DNA from: an uncultured delta proteobacterium
GTDB taxonomy: Bacteria; Desulfobacterota; Desulfobacteria; Desulfobacterales; SG8-13
Direction of reading: 5' to 3'
NCBI GenBank assembly: GCA_963848135.1
Contig: CAWKCK010000003.1
Span: 434,001-498,000 of the forward strand
DNA length: 64,000 bases
Part shown: in pieces, positions 46,592-57,872 of the stretch
Layout of the letters: the number at the start of each line of letters is the position of its first letter
How positions within the stretch are numbered: the first letter of the stretch is position 1
The notes under the pieces: model-generated
Database searches by the model: none
What the model was told of the DNA's origin: nothing
The model's input: only the letters and a program-made list of their open reading frames with translations
Position numbers and translations under genes: made by a program

Positions 46592-47761
46592 TTATGCTGT
46601 GCTGATACCTGATGCGCTGATTCCTTTTACATAGTAGCTTGGATCGTTTAAAAAACTGAAAAAAATGACGATGAATGCGATTGATGCCTCAATCATCAGC
46701 GCCTTATCCATATAAAGATGAGCGAGTTGCTGATCGCGCAGTACGCCGGATGTTTGGCCGAAATAAGAAGAGAACAGTCCGTCTAATTTCCAGGCAGTGT
46801 TCGAATCGGTGACCATATCCGTGCGGCCGCCGTAACAGTAGGCCATGGCTTCCATCAGGAGGGTTCGTTGGATGTCCGGATCACGCTGGTGGTATCCGAG
46901 AAGGTGGAGTAAGGTCCGCTGGGCTTCAAGTAGACTGGCGTCGGCCAGAGCTTCGAAAAGGACCATTGCCGATGGATTATCTTTAATATCGAAAAGTTGC
47001 CTTACCAGTGACAGCATGACGGCATTTTTAAAGAGTTGATACAGGCGCTTGGATCCATTTAAGACCGCCGACGGTGGATGCTCGGTTTTGGGTTGGTACC
47101 CGGGGTAGTTATTGACAAATAGAATCTGAAAGATGGTTTCGAAAAAGTCGACATCATCAATGGGATCTTGTAGATCGATGCGCATATCGAGAGTGTTGTC
47201 CAAACGATCGGCAAGTTTGACTTCTATCAAATCAGGAGCCTGGCCGGATTTATTTAGCAGGCGTCCGATGTATTGATAATAGTTTTCACTTTTTAGGCGG
47301 GTAAGGAAATGAAGCCGTTCAACCAGACTGGCTTCGTTTTCGGTTTTCAAGCCTGCCAGCAGGTCGGACAACTGCGCCTCCAACTCGAACCAGCGTTGTT
47401 TTTCAAACTCGAGCGGGTCGATATCTTCCAGTACGTCGTGGAAAAGCGCACTCAGAAGTGACACCAGATTAATGGTCTCATGCGAACGCGCATAATGAAC
47501 GGCGGTCCTCAGGGGATGTAGGACCGCCATCGGGCCGAGGCGACGGCGTTTGTGGCTGTAGACGTTGAAAAGATAGCTGAGCGCCTCCATAACGATGCTG
47601 CGTTGTTCTCGGTCCGCTTGACCGTCACGATCATTGGGAACCAGTTTCTTTTCTCCGATGATTAGCATGAGAACATTAAACCGGTTCAGCGAAGTGGCGC
47701 TTAAATTGTAATTGAGGACAGAGGAAAGCCTCAGAAAATCCTTGAAATCATACAACGGCAT
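46592..47761 (-). CDS. HD-domain protein with RelA/SpoT-hydrolase-like motifs and unknown helical extension
   Basis: VLHPLRTA, ALFHDVLED, VKLADRLDN. Confidence 0.7.
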   Translation of the reverse strand: MPLYDFKDFLRLSSVLNYNLSATSLNRFNVLMLIIGEKKLVPNDRDGQADREQRSIVMEALSYLFNVYSHKRRRLGPMAVLHPLRTAVHYARSHETINLVSLLSALFHDVLEDIDPLEFEKQRWFELEAQLSDLLAGLKTENEASLVERLHFLTRLKSENYYQYIGRLLNKSGQAPDLIEVKLADRLDNTLDMRIDLQDPIDDVDFFETIFQILFVNNYPGYQPKTEHPPSAVLNGSKRLYQLFKNAVMLSLVRQLFDIKDNPSAMVLFEALADASLLEAQRTLLHLLGYHQRDPDIQRTLLMEAMAYCYGGRTDMVTDSNTAWKLDGLFSSYFGQTSGVLRDQQLAHLYMDKALMIEASIAFIVIFFSFLNDPSYYVKGISASGISTA

Positions 47762-48088
47762 GAGACCTCGTTTAGAGATTGCCTGCGGGATTATTGTTGC
47801 CGATCAGGGTTGTTCCAAAAATAACGGTGGGTTACACAAGGACAACCACCCAGCGCCTTAGCCATGGCGCTTTATTACACGATACTTTTATGGGGGAATG
47901 TTGGTAAACTCTGTACAGGGCAAGATGCCGATCGACCGAAATCTTAAAAGGTCCTTCGCGAAACGATTGCACGGGGCAATACCGGGTTATAATTCACTCA
48001 CGATTCGTTTTCATTGCTGACAAATGAACAGCGTTTTTTCACCGTAATTAGCCCTTTCTTGCCGTCCGCAACGGCGCTTTCCTATATT

Positions 48089-48661
48089 TCACCTCTGATC
48101 GGGCAACATTTCCGGAGCCGCTGCGGAACCGCTGTTTCGCATTCTGGTTGCATTGGCCTTCTCACCAGCCCCAACAGCCATGTCTTCAGCCGACTGGGCC
48201 GATTCTTTCGCATCTTGGGCCTTTTGGCGAGCGGCTTGGGTTTCGTCCTCTAGCCTCATAATCGTGGCCTTGTTCCGATTGTACCGCCGCCAATTGGTGC
48301 TGGCTCGTTTCGTAAATTCTTCGGTTTTCTTTTGTGCCGCATCTGCGGCGGATTCGGCTTCGGCGGCGCGTTGATCGGCTTGCTGGGCTTTGCTGCGCGC
48401 GTTCATCGCTTCTTGGTTGGCCGCATTGGTTTCAAGCTGTCGCTTGAAAGCTCTTTTTTCTTCTTCTATGGCTTTTAATTCGTCATCGGTTCGTGGTCGA
48501 TATTCAAGCAGTTTCTGACCGCGGGCATTTGGTGGGGGTGGTGTCTCGGTGATGTGGGTGACCCCTTGAGCATCCGTCCATGTGTAAAGCCGGTTGGCCA
48601 GGCTCGATGTCGCAAAGACCATCACGGCGGCCATTATAATTGTCCAAAAAAACGGTTTCAT
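48089..48661 (-). CDS. Secreted DUF4124-domain coiled-coil protein
   Basis: Signal peptide, LYTWTDAQGVTHITETPPP, Ala/Gln-rich coiled coil. Confidence 0.78.
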   Translation of the reverse strand: MKPFFWTIIMAAVMVFATSSLANRLYTWTDAQGVTHITETPPPPNARGQKLLEYRPRTDDELKAIEEEKRAFKRQLETNAANQEAMNARSKAQQADQRAAEAESAADAAQKKTEEFTKRASTNWRRYNRNKATIMRLEDETQAARQKAQDAKESAQSAEDMAVGAGEKANATRMRNSGSAAAPEMLPDQR

Positions 48662-48716
48662 GAGTATTGAAGAATCGAACCTTCTTATTTTGGTTACTTG
48701 GAGTGTATTGGTTAAC

Positions 48717-49388
48717 CTATTGTTTCGAGGTGAGAATGTCAAACCGTGGGTGCATTTGAATCATCAACACCATTGATTTTTCATCCGGGGCGCTCATGAT
48801 GTTTTTCTTGACGGATATGCGAAAATGCGAATCGAGCCGCTTGAAAAATTCGATCAAAGTCCGGCGCATTTCTTCGACCAGAATAATGGTGCCGTCGGAC
48901 TTAAGATACTTATCGAATAATATTGAAAGTTGATCGATGTCCTCATTTTTATAAATTATCTCCGAGCCGACGATGATATCGAATTCACCTGCCAATTGCG
49001 GATTGTTCCAATCGAGCTGCTCGATATGCACGTTCTCACATCCATTAATAAAGGCATTTGCACGGGCGAAATTTAATGCATGGACATTGTAGTCGGTCAA
49101 GATGACATCGTGGCCATTGCAGGCAGCCACAATACCAACCAGCCCCAGCCCGGAACCGATTTCAAGCATCCGTTTACCTTTTTCCACCGGGAGACGGCCC
49201 AGGTGGCTGGCCAGAACGACTCCAGCTTGCCAAATCTTGGCCCAGAGGGGAAAGTTTTTCAAGGGGTTTTCCGGATCGATGAATCGGTCTATCGAATCTG
49301 GTACGAGGAATGAGTAAGGGTGGTCGTCGATGACGATTTCGCGGCGCTCGGTTTGATAGTCGCGGTTGAATTGATCGATCGAGAACAT
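48717..49388 (-). CDS. Class I SAM-dependent methyltransferase (METTL21/lysine-methyltransferase-like)
   Basis: PLWAKIWQAG, LEIGSGLGL, TDY, LDW, GSEIIY. Confidence 0.82.
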   Translation of the reverse strand: MFSIDQFNRDYQTERREIVIDDHPYSFLVPDSIDRFIDPENPLKNFPLWAKIWQAGVVLASHLGRLPVEKGKRMLEIGSGLGLVGIVAACNGHDVILTDYNVHALNFARANAFINGCENVHIEQLDWNNPQLAGEFDIIVGSEIIYKNEDIDQLSILFDKYLKSDGTIILVEEMRRTLIEFFKRLDSHFRISVKKNIMSAPDEKSMVLMIQMHPRFDILTSKQ

Positions 49389-49412
49389 ATCCGTTTCCGT
49401 TGGGAGGTATGA

Positions 49413-51113
49413 TTACATTTTTCCGGATCGCATGATTGAGATAATTAGCCAGAATCCCAACACCGTTGCCATCGTATAGCCCAGAAGCCCCAGTAGGGAA
49501 GTGATGGAAATGGTATGAACACCCAAAACGTTGACGGTTAATTCGATGACTTTCTGTGAAGAATTCATGATCAGCGATCCGGCGATAACCGAGGCGCTGA
49601 TGATAATACCCACCGTCAACCGGTTGATGCCTTTTTCGATCTTGGCATCAAGCTCTTGAAAACCGCTGTGCCAGATTTCCAAGCGGTGTTTTCCGCTGGC
49701 GGCAGCTCGCAAAAGATCGTGGACAAACTTGGGCAGCATGCGCATGTAGCCGCCCATTCGCCGGGCCTCATTTCCAACGTTACGCAAGATTTTTTGGGCG
49801 TCGTAGCCCCGTTGAAGCAGTTTACGGGCATAGGGTTGAGTAACTTCAAGGATACTGGCATTACTGCCGAGAATTTTTCCCAGAGATTCTGTCTGGATAA
49901 AGGTTTTCAGAAGCAGCAACAGATTGCGCGGCAGTCGAATGCGATATTTCAGGACCAGTTTCATCACCTGGTCGTACACATCCTTAACGGAAATGGTCTG
50001 CAGGGTCCGGCCATAAAACGGTTCGCTGATATCCTTCAAATCGATGCGGAAGGACTTCAGGTCCATTATCTCGGCATCAAGCAGGCCGGCATCTTCGAAC
50101 GCCTCCATAATTAAATCATAATCGTGTTCGGCGTATCCCAGAAATATGTGAGCGATCTGCATCATCGTTTCTTCGTCGAGGTACCCGATGATTCCGAAGT
50201 CTACCAGGCTGACCCGGCCATCATACATGACGATAGTATTGCCAGGATGCGGATCGGCGTGGAACAGACCGAAATCCATCAATTGACGAGAAAAAGAGCG
50301 CAACCCGATCATGGCAATTTCTTTCGGATCGATCCCATTTGCCTTTATCTCTTCGACCTGGTCCATTTTTATACCGTCGATATGTTCCATCGTCAGGACG
50401 GATCGGGACGTGTGGCTCCAGTATACGTTCGGAATGTAAAGATTTTCTGATCCCTCGAAATTGGCGGCAAAGCGCTCGATATTGCCCCCTTCGATGTACA
50501 TATCCAGTTCCCGGAAGATGGTCTTTTCAAACTCTTTCACAAGGTTGATTGCACCGATAATTCGGCCTATTTCAAAGGAGCCTTCTATCTTCTCGGACAA
50601 ATAAAACATTAAACGGATGTCTTCACGAATCTTTTTTTCGATTCCAGGCCTGATAACTTTGACGGCGACCATTTCTCCGGTTTTCAGTTTGGCACGGTGA
50701 ACCTGGGCAACAGATGCCGCGGCCAGGGATTCCGGAATAAACTCGGCAAATATCGCCGACAGTGGCTGTTCAAGCTCTCTTTCGATCACGGATTTGATTT
50801 CTTCAAAGGGGATCGGTGGAATTCGGTCCTGAAGCTTTTTTAATTCATCGATGTACTCGGGCGGAAAGAGATCGGCCCGAGTGCTCATTAGTTGTCCCAA
50901 TTTGATGAAACTGGGGCCGAGATCTTCGAGAACTCGCCGAAGTCGGGGAGGGGACAGGTAGGCGGAGTTTGTTTTAGAAGCGGTGAGAGAGAGCCGGTTG
51001 CGAAATACCGTACGGTCCAAAATATTGCCGAAACCGTGTTTTGCGAGGACGCGTGTAATTCCTGCAAGCCGTTTGATCCCCCTAATTTTACTTGTGTTCC
51101 TGGAGAAATTCAT
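49413..51113 (-). CDS. ABC1/AarF/UbiB family atypical kinase
   Basis: LGPSFIKLGQ, AAASVAQVH, VAVKV, FHADPHPGN, DFG. Confidence 0.92.
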   Translation of the reverse strand: MNFSRNTSKIRGIKRLAGITRVLAKHGFGNILDRTVFRNRLSLTASKTNSAYLSPPRLRRVLEDLGPSFIKLGQLMSTRADLFPPEYIDELKKLQDRIPPIPFEEIKSVIERELEQPLSAIFAEFIPESLAAASVAQVHRAKLKTGEMVAVKVIRPGIEKKIREDIRLMFYLSEKIEGSFEIGRIIGAINLVKEFEKTIFRELDMYIEGGNIERFAANFEGSENLYIPNVYWSHTSRSVLTMEHIDGIKMDQVEEIKANGIDPKEIAMIGLRSFSRQLMDFGLFHADPHPGNTIVMYDGRVSLVDFGIIGYLDEETMMQIAHIFLGYAEHDYDLIMEAFEDAGLLDAEIMDLKSFRIDLKDISEPFYGRTLQTISVKDVYDQVMKLVLKYRIRLPRNLLLLLKTFIQTESLGKILGSNASILEVTQPYARKLLQRGYDAQKILRNVGNEARRMGGYMRMLPKFVHDLLRAAASGKHRLEIWHSGFQELDAKIEKGINRLTVGIIISASVIAGSLIMNSSQKVIELTVNVLGVHTISITSLLGLLGYTMATVLGFWLIISIMRSGKM

Positions 51114-51373
51114 TCCCCTTCCTTATCGTATGCGTCTACATTCACCGGTCTATTCCTTACCGGGCGTATCTCCTCCGGCACGACGAGGTGGTAACGGTCG
51201 CCAGCGGCAGCGAAACCGAAAATGGGAAACCGTGAAGCCATTTAGGGTCCCGTTACCGCTGTGGGATCCTCATTCAGAAATAATGACAGGAGCCGGGGTA
51301 ACTCGCGGACGCAGGTAACTTAATCAACGTCTTTCAAGCGTGTGATGCTGTCTATACTGTTGATCAGAAGGGA

Positions 51374-51634
51374 TTATTTCCCTTCGGTCGTATCCTGTGT
51401 AGAACTGATGCCTTTGACAAGGACCCATTTTTCAGAAATTTCCGCCAGTCTTTCCGCATTACTGACATAGCTTTCTAAATAACCGCATTCAGCGCAAACG
51501 TAGTTGTCCAGTGCGGCGATGGTGGTTAGACTGACCGGGATAGAATTGCTGCCGAAGGGGCCCTTTTTCAGAGGGATGCTTGCCCCGGAATAAACGGTTT
51601 TTGACGCACATTTGGGGCAGGTACCTGATTTCAA
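51374..51634 (-). CDS. Small zinc-ribbon protein
   Basis: CPKC...YVCAECGYLESY; GAGGA RBS before a TTG start. Confidence 0.7.
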   Translation of the reverse strand: MKSGTCPKCASKTVYSGASIPLKKGPFGSNSIPVSLTTIAALDNYVCAECGYLESYVSNAERLAEISEKWVLVKGISSTQDTTEGK

Positions 51635-52107
51635 TATGATGTCCTCCTCATTGTTTCTAACAGTGCGGCGTTAGAAACTTTGTGTTCGCCAAGAGCGGAT
51701 TCCAATGGACGCAGCTAAAGGTTGGTGCACTATGACGAAATTTTTCGCCGGTGTCAACTAGCCCGCAAAAGCGCCGCTGAAGAAGAAAACGGTTCAAGGT
51801 TGGGAGAACGTGCAAGGTGCGATGGTCCGAAACATGCTCGATTGGCCTGTGAAAAATTATCTCACACCGCAAGCGATGGGGGCGATCGTTCGCAGTACTG
51901 TTTTACCGGTCATATATCAGTCCTGAAACGGACCGTCGAATCACGCAATGGGTGTCGGCAGCTATCCTTTAAGCGAAAGTACTTCAGCATTTTTTCTAAC
52001 TGGCAGGCGTATAAAGTGACCCCCTTGGGTGATTGTAAAAATGAGTCGTTACGCAATGTTGCTGGGTCAATTTTGGCCGGCTTAAAATTTTTGATAAGAA
52101 GGGTTGG

Positions 52108-54141
<2,034 letters not shown>

Positions 54142-54533
54142 CTAAATCTCCGGTGAGGGTTATAACGGTGGGCCTTCGGTGGATCGTGATCAGCACGATA
54201 ATTGGTTGAACATCACAGATGTCGCCAGCGATGTCAATGCCAATGCTGAAGGGATATACAGCCGCTTTTCGGTTGTATTATTTTTTTTTCCTGATATTCT
54301 CGGCATTATTACACCCAACGACATCGGAAGCAGCGGCCGCTGGGGTTTCGATTGTGGGTGCCCTGCCAGGCTGATACCGACCGGTGAATTCCTTCGGTGG
54401 TTCTAGCCGCTCAATTCTAACCACGGCATACCACAGTGCGCCATACCCATAAATTTCAAAGCAAATGACTGTTTTTGTCGCAGAATCATCGGCCGGTAAA
54501 TTGCCGGCAAGGCGACCCAAAAGGAGGCTAAGG

Positions 54534-55520
54534 ATGGCAGAAGAGAACATTTACGATTTGATAATCATCGGCGGGGGTCCGGGCGGTTTGTCTGCGGGGA
54601 TATACGCGATGCGTGCGGCTCTAAAGACCGTGTTGATCGAAAAAGGTTTGCCCGGGGGTCAAGTGGCAATGTCAGCCGAGGTAGAAAACTATCCGAGTTA
54701 TGAACACATCAGCGGTGCCGATTTGTCGGATAAATTTGTTTCACATGCCAAGGCATACGGAATGGAATTTATCACGCAGGAAGTCACGTCCCTTGAACCG
54801 GGGCTTGATTACCACAAGGTTCGTCTGGATGGCGGCGATGTTTTGACGGCCTATTCCGTCATCCTTGCCACCGGTGGTAGCCCGCGCAAACTCGGTGTTC
54901 CCGGCGAAGATGACTTTTATGGCCAAGGCGTTTCCTATTGTGCCGTTTGTGACGGGTTTTTTTTCAGAGATAAGACCGTGGTGGTGGTGGGCGGCGGAGA
55001 CACGGCCGCAGAAGAAGCACTTTATCTGGCCAAGTTGTGCCGCAAGGTCTACCTTGTTCACCGGCGGGACCAACTGCGGGCCGGGATGATTCTGCAACAA
55101 CGCGTGAAAGATGATTGTAATATCGAAGTTGTCTGGAACACCGTTGTCGAGGCCATTCGGGCGGATGACAGTGGCGTTACAGCCATTGAATTTGCGGATG
55201 TTAGTACCAAAGAGAAAAAGACTCTGGCAACAGAAGGTGTTTTTATTTTTATTGGCTTCGAGCCCAACAATCAATTGGTTCCGGCCGGCACGAGAATGAA
55301 TGCCGATGGGTATGTGGTTACGGATGACAAATGCCAGACCAATACACCCGGAATTTACGTTATCGGGGATTTGAGAGAAAAATACGCCCGGCAAATAGTT
55401 ATTGCGGCCGCAGACGGCGCTACCGCGGCTTTAGCCGCGGCCCATTTTGTGGAAACCAAAAAAGCCACCAGTGCTGATGCTTGCGAACTGCCGGCGGATT
55501 TGTTGCAAGGTGTTTCCTGA
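54534..55520 (+). CDS. trxB: Thioredoxin-disulfide reductase
   Basis: GGGPGG, GVSYCAVCDG, GGGDTA, HRRDQLRA; AGGAGG RBS. Confidence 0.94.
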   Translation: MAEENIYDLIIIGGGPGGLSAGIYAMRAALKTVLIEKGLPGGQVAMSAEVENYPSYEHISGADLSDKFVSHAKAYGMEFITQEVTSLEPGLDYHKVRLDGGDVLTAYSVILATGGSPRKLGVPGEDDFYGQGVSYCAVCDGFFFRDKTVVVVGGGDTAAEEALYLAKLCRKVYLVHRRDQLRAGMILQQRVKDDCNIEVVWNTVVEAIRADDSGVTAIEFADVSTKEKKTLATEGVFIFIGFEPNNQLVPAGTRMNADGYVVTDDKCQTNTPGIYVIGDLREKYARQIVIAAADGATAALAAAHFVETKKATSADACELPADLLQGVS

Positions 55521-55794
55521 TTTTTGAAATGCCGATTTTCGGAAATATTGGATATTTGCCTGTAACTTCGAGTGCGCCGTTGTTGCAGGGCTTCTTGATC
55601 GATTGGAAGGAAATCGTTATCTGCCGTTAAGGGAGTCTTTCGCTGTTTAGACGCCGTTGAAAGTTGATGGGGTCGTGCTTACATATTATCAAGTGATACA
55701 GAATAAGTGCCGAGTCGATGTGTGCAAATCGGAAGACAGAGGCGGTTTCATTATAGGCTCCCGTTTTCAAAGATCAAACCAAGGATGAAAAACG

Positions 55795-56037
55795 GTGACA
55801 TTCACCATTGTTGCGGGAATTAAAGGGAAAGTATTTGTACCATCAGTCAGTACACACCTCCCGAAGAAACATCCTTGCAATCATTGTTACACTTGCCAAC
55901 TATGTAGCGATGACCGTTGCAGCGTATGCCGCTGTGAGAACGACGGGGCCGATAGGCCGCCAGCACACGAAAAACGCCAAGAAAGTCACTGCCGTGTACA
56001 TGAAATTCGCTGTTCGCTGAAAGTTTTGGGCGAATAG
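55795..56037 (+). CDS. Small cysteine-rich hypothetical protein
   Basis: KKHPCNHCYTCQLCSDDRCSVC; AAGGA upstream of the GTG start. Confidence 0.55.
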   Translation: MTFTIVAGIKGKVFVPSVSTHLPKKHPCNHCYTCQLCSDDRCSVCRCENDGADRPPAHEKRQESHCRVHEIRCSLKVLGE

Positions 56038-56119
56038 AAAGGACGTGACTTGTTCCGGGGTCAATACAAATTTACACATGAGCGATGGTGGACAGCACAG
56101 ATCATGAAAGGGGTTGAAA

Positions 56120-56317
56120 ATGTCCGGTGAAAACTGCTTCATCGAACAAGTCACGCGAGTGGCTGTTGGTATTGCCCTCCTGATAGTGGCCGTCTGTTTT
56201 CTTATCCTGGGGTTTAGCGTACTTCCGATAACCGGGGTGATTCTGGCTGTTCCTCCGTTGTTGACCGGCATTCTTTTCCTCGCTTCGCCGAAGAGTCGAT
56301 CGTGCTACCGCAAGTAG
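56120..56317 (+). CDS. Small two-TM membrane protein
   Basis: Two hydrophobic helices; AAGGGG RBS. Confidence 0.6.
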   Translation: MSGENCFIEQVTRVAVGIALLIVAVCFLILGFSVLPITGVILAVPPLLTGILFLASPKSRSCYRK

Positions 56318-56489
56318 AAAACACGTCTCATATAGCCTTAAAAAATACCCTTTCGCAGCGTCGATAAAAGCCCTGTTATAGTCGTGTAACGATTTGAGTT
56401 ACTGATATCTCAATATATTCAACAATATGGCGCGTGCGATAGGTGAGAGTTCAGGCAAACCCAAGGGAAAACCAAAGATACCAAACCGC

Positions 56490-56521
56490 AAACACCCGGC
56501 GTGAATACCTGCCGGGTGTTT
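56490..56521. terminator. Likely bidirectional intrinsic terminator
   Basis: AAACACCCGGC-N10-GCCGGGTGTTT between convergent genes, 13 bp from the htpX stop. Confidence 0.7.
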
Positions 56522-56534
56522 CTTTTACGCGTTG

Positions 56535-57461
56535 TTATTTTGAGAGTTGATCCCAGACGGATCGGGCCTTGTCTCTGGCGCTATCATTAGGAAACATTTC
56601 TGCCGGCGGTGTCTTCCCGCGGGAGCTGCCGCGCAATCGGGCGATTCTATCCGCCAAGGGGGGGTGGGTCGAAAAAAGGTGTGTGAGTTTCGTGCCCGAG
56701 AGAGGGTTAACGATCAGCATGTGCGCGGTTGTGGGGCTAGCATTCATCGGCAACCGGCCGGAATGGGCGCCAAGTTTCTCAAGGGCGCGGGCCAACCATT
56801 CAGGGTTCCCACAGATGGTTGCACCGGATGCATCGGCCAAATATTCCCGGGATCTCGAGATAGCCGTTTGGATGATCATGGCTGCCAGGGGGGCCAAAAT
56901 AGACATGACGATGAGACTGATAATGCCCGAGCCGCCCTCTTCATTGTCTCGGCCGCCGCCGAAAATCATGGACCACCGGGCCATGTTGGCCAGTAACATG
57001 ACCGCTCCGGCCAAAGTTGCGGCAATTGATCCGATCAAAATGTCCCTATTTTTAACATGACCCAACTCATGCGCTAGGACTCCCATGACTTCCTGTCGAT
57101 TCATGATTCGAAGAAGCCCATCGGTTACGGCCACCACGGCGTTTTGGGGGTTACGCCCCGTGGCGAAAGCGTTGGGCGCCTCAGAAGGGATGATACAGAT
57201 TTTTGGCATGGGCAATCCAGCGTTTCGCGTCAATTGGCCGACCATATTGAATAAATCCGGTGCCTGTTCGGCAGTGACCTCTTGGGCCCGGTACATCTTT
57301 AGAACCAGCTTGTCGGAAAACCAGTAACTGAAGAAATTCATCCCGGCTGCCAATATCAAAGCGATTATCATTCCCTGTCGCCCACCTAAAAACTGGCCGA
57401 CCCAGACAATGAATGCCGTTAAGATAGCAAGCAATACTGTCGTTTTAATCTGGTTGCTCAT
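56535..57461 (-). CDS. htpX: Zinc metalloprotease HtpX
   Basis: [28 protein letters not shown]. Confidence 0.95.
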   Translation of the reverse strand: MSNQIKTTVLLAILTAFIVWVGQFLGGRQGMIIALILAAGMNFFSYWFSDKLVLKMYRAQEVTAEQAPDLFNMVGQLTRNAGLPMPKICIIPSEAPNAFATGRNPQNAVVAVTDGLLRIMNRQEVMGVLAHELGHVKNRDILIGSIAATLAGAVMLLANMARWSMIFGGGRDNEEGGSGIISLIVMSILAPLAAMIIQTAISRSREYLADASGATICGNPEWLARALEKLGAHSGRLPMNASPTTAHMLIVNPLSGTKLTHLFSTHPPLADRIARLRGSSRGKTPPAEMFPNDSARDKARSVWDQLSK

Positions 57462-57872
57462 TTGTGAGGGCTCCTATCCACAACAATTATATAACCGGTT
57501 CCGAAAATATCAATAGACTATCGGGTCGCACATGTAGATCGGTATTCGAACTTCTCCACAAGATGTAGTGATTTTGACGGCTGCATCAGATATTGGGCAA
57601 ATTACGAAATTAGTGATAATGTCGAAAGTCCCTATTATCGTTAAAATATTTTTATTTTTTTTTTATGCCCTGCGTTGTATAAGACAAGCAATTGTGCTAC
57701 GATCGACTCCGCTTCAAATCGCAAGAGGTGCCGGCCCAATCAACGGCACCGCAAGGACCGTTAAAAAATACATTCCCAGCTTAGACCATTTCCCTGATTC
57801 ATACACGCCGACAATTGTTTGAATTTAAAATCAGATGACCCGCTGAAACTGCCAAGAGAGATGGTGCCGTAG

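Noticed and set aside
51657..52107. Long intergenic stretch with short ORFs (also 44800-45270)
   Set aside because: No transposase motifs, terminal repeats or recognisable protein signal
56454..56521. GGCAAAC...GAAA...CGCAAAC resembling a c-di-GMP-I riboswitch
   Set aside because: The stem around GAAA cannot pair, no same-strand gene follows, and the hairpin is better explained as a terminator
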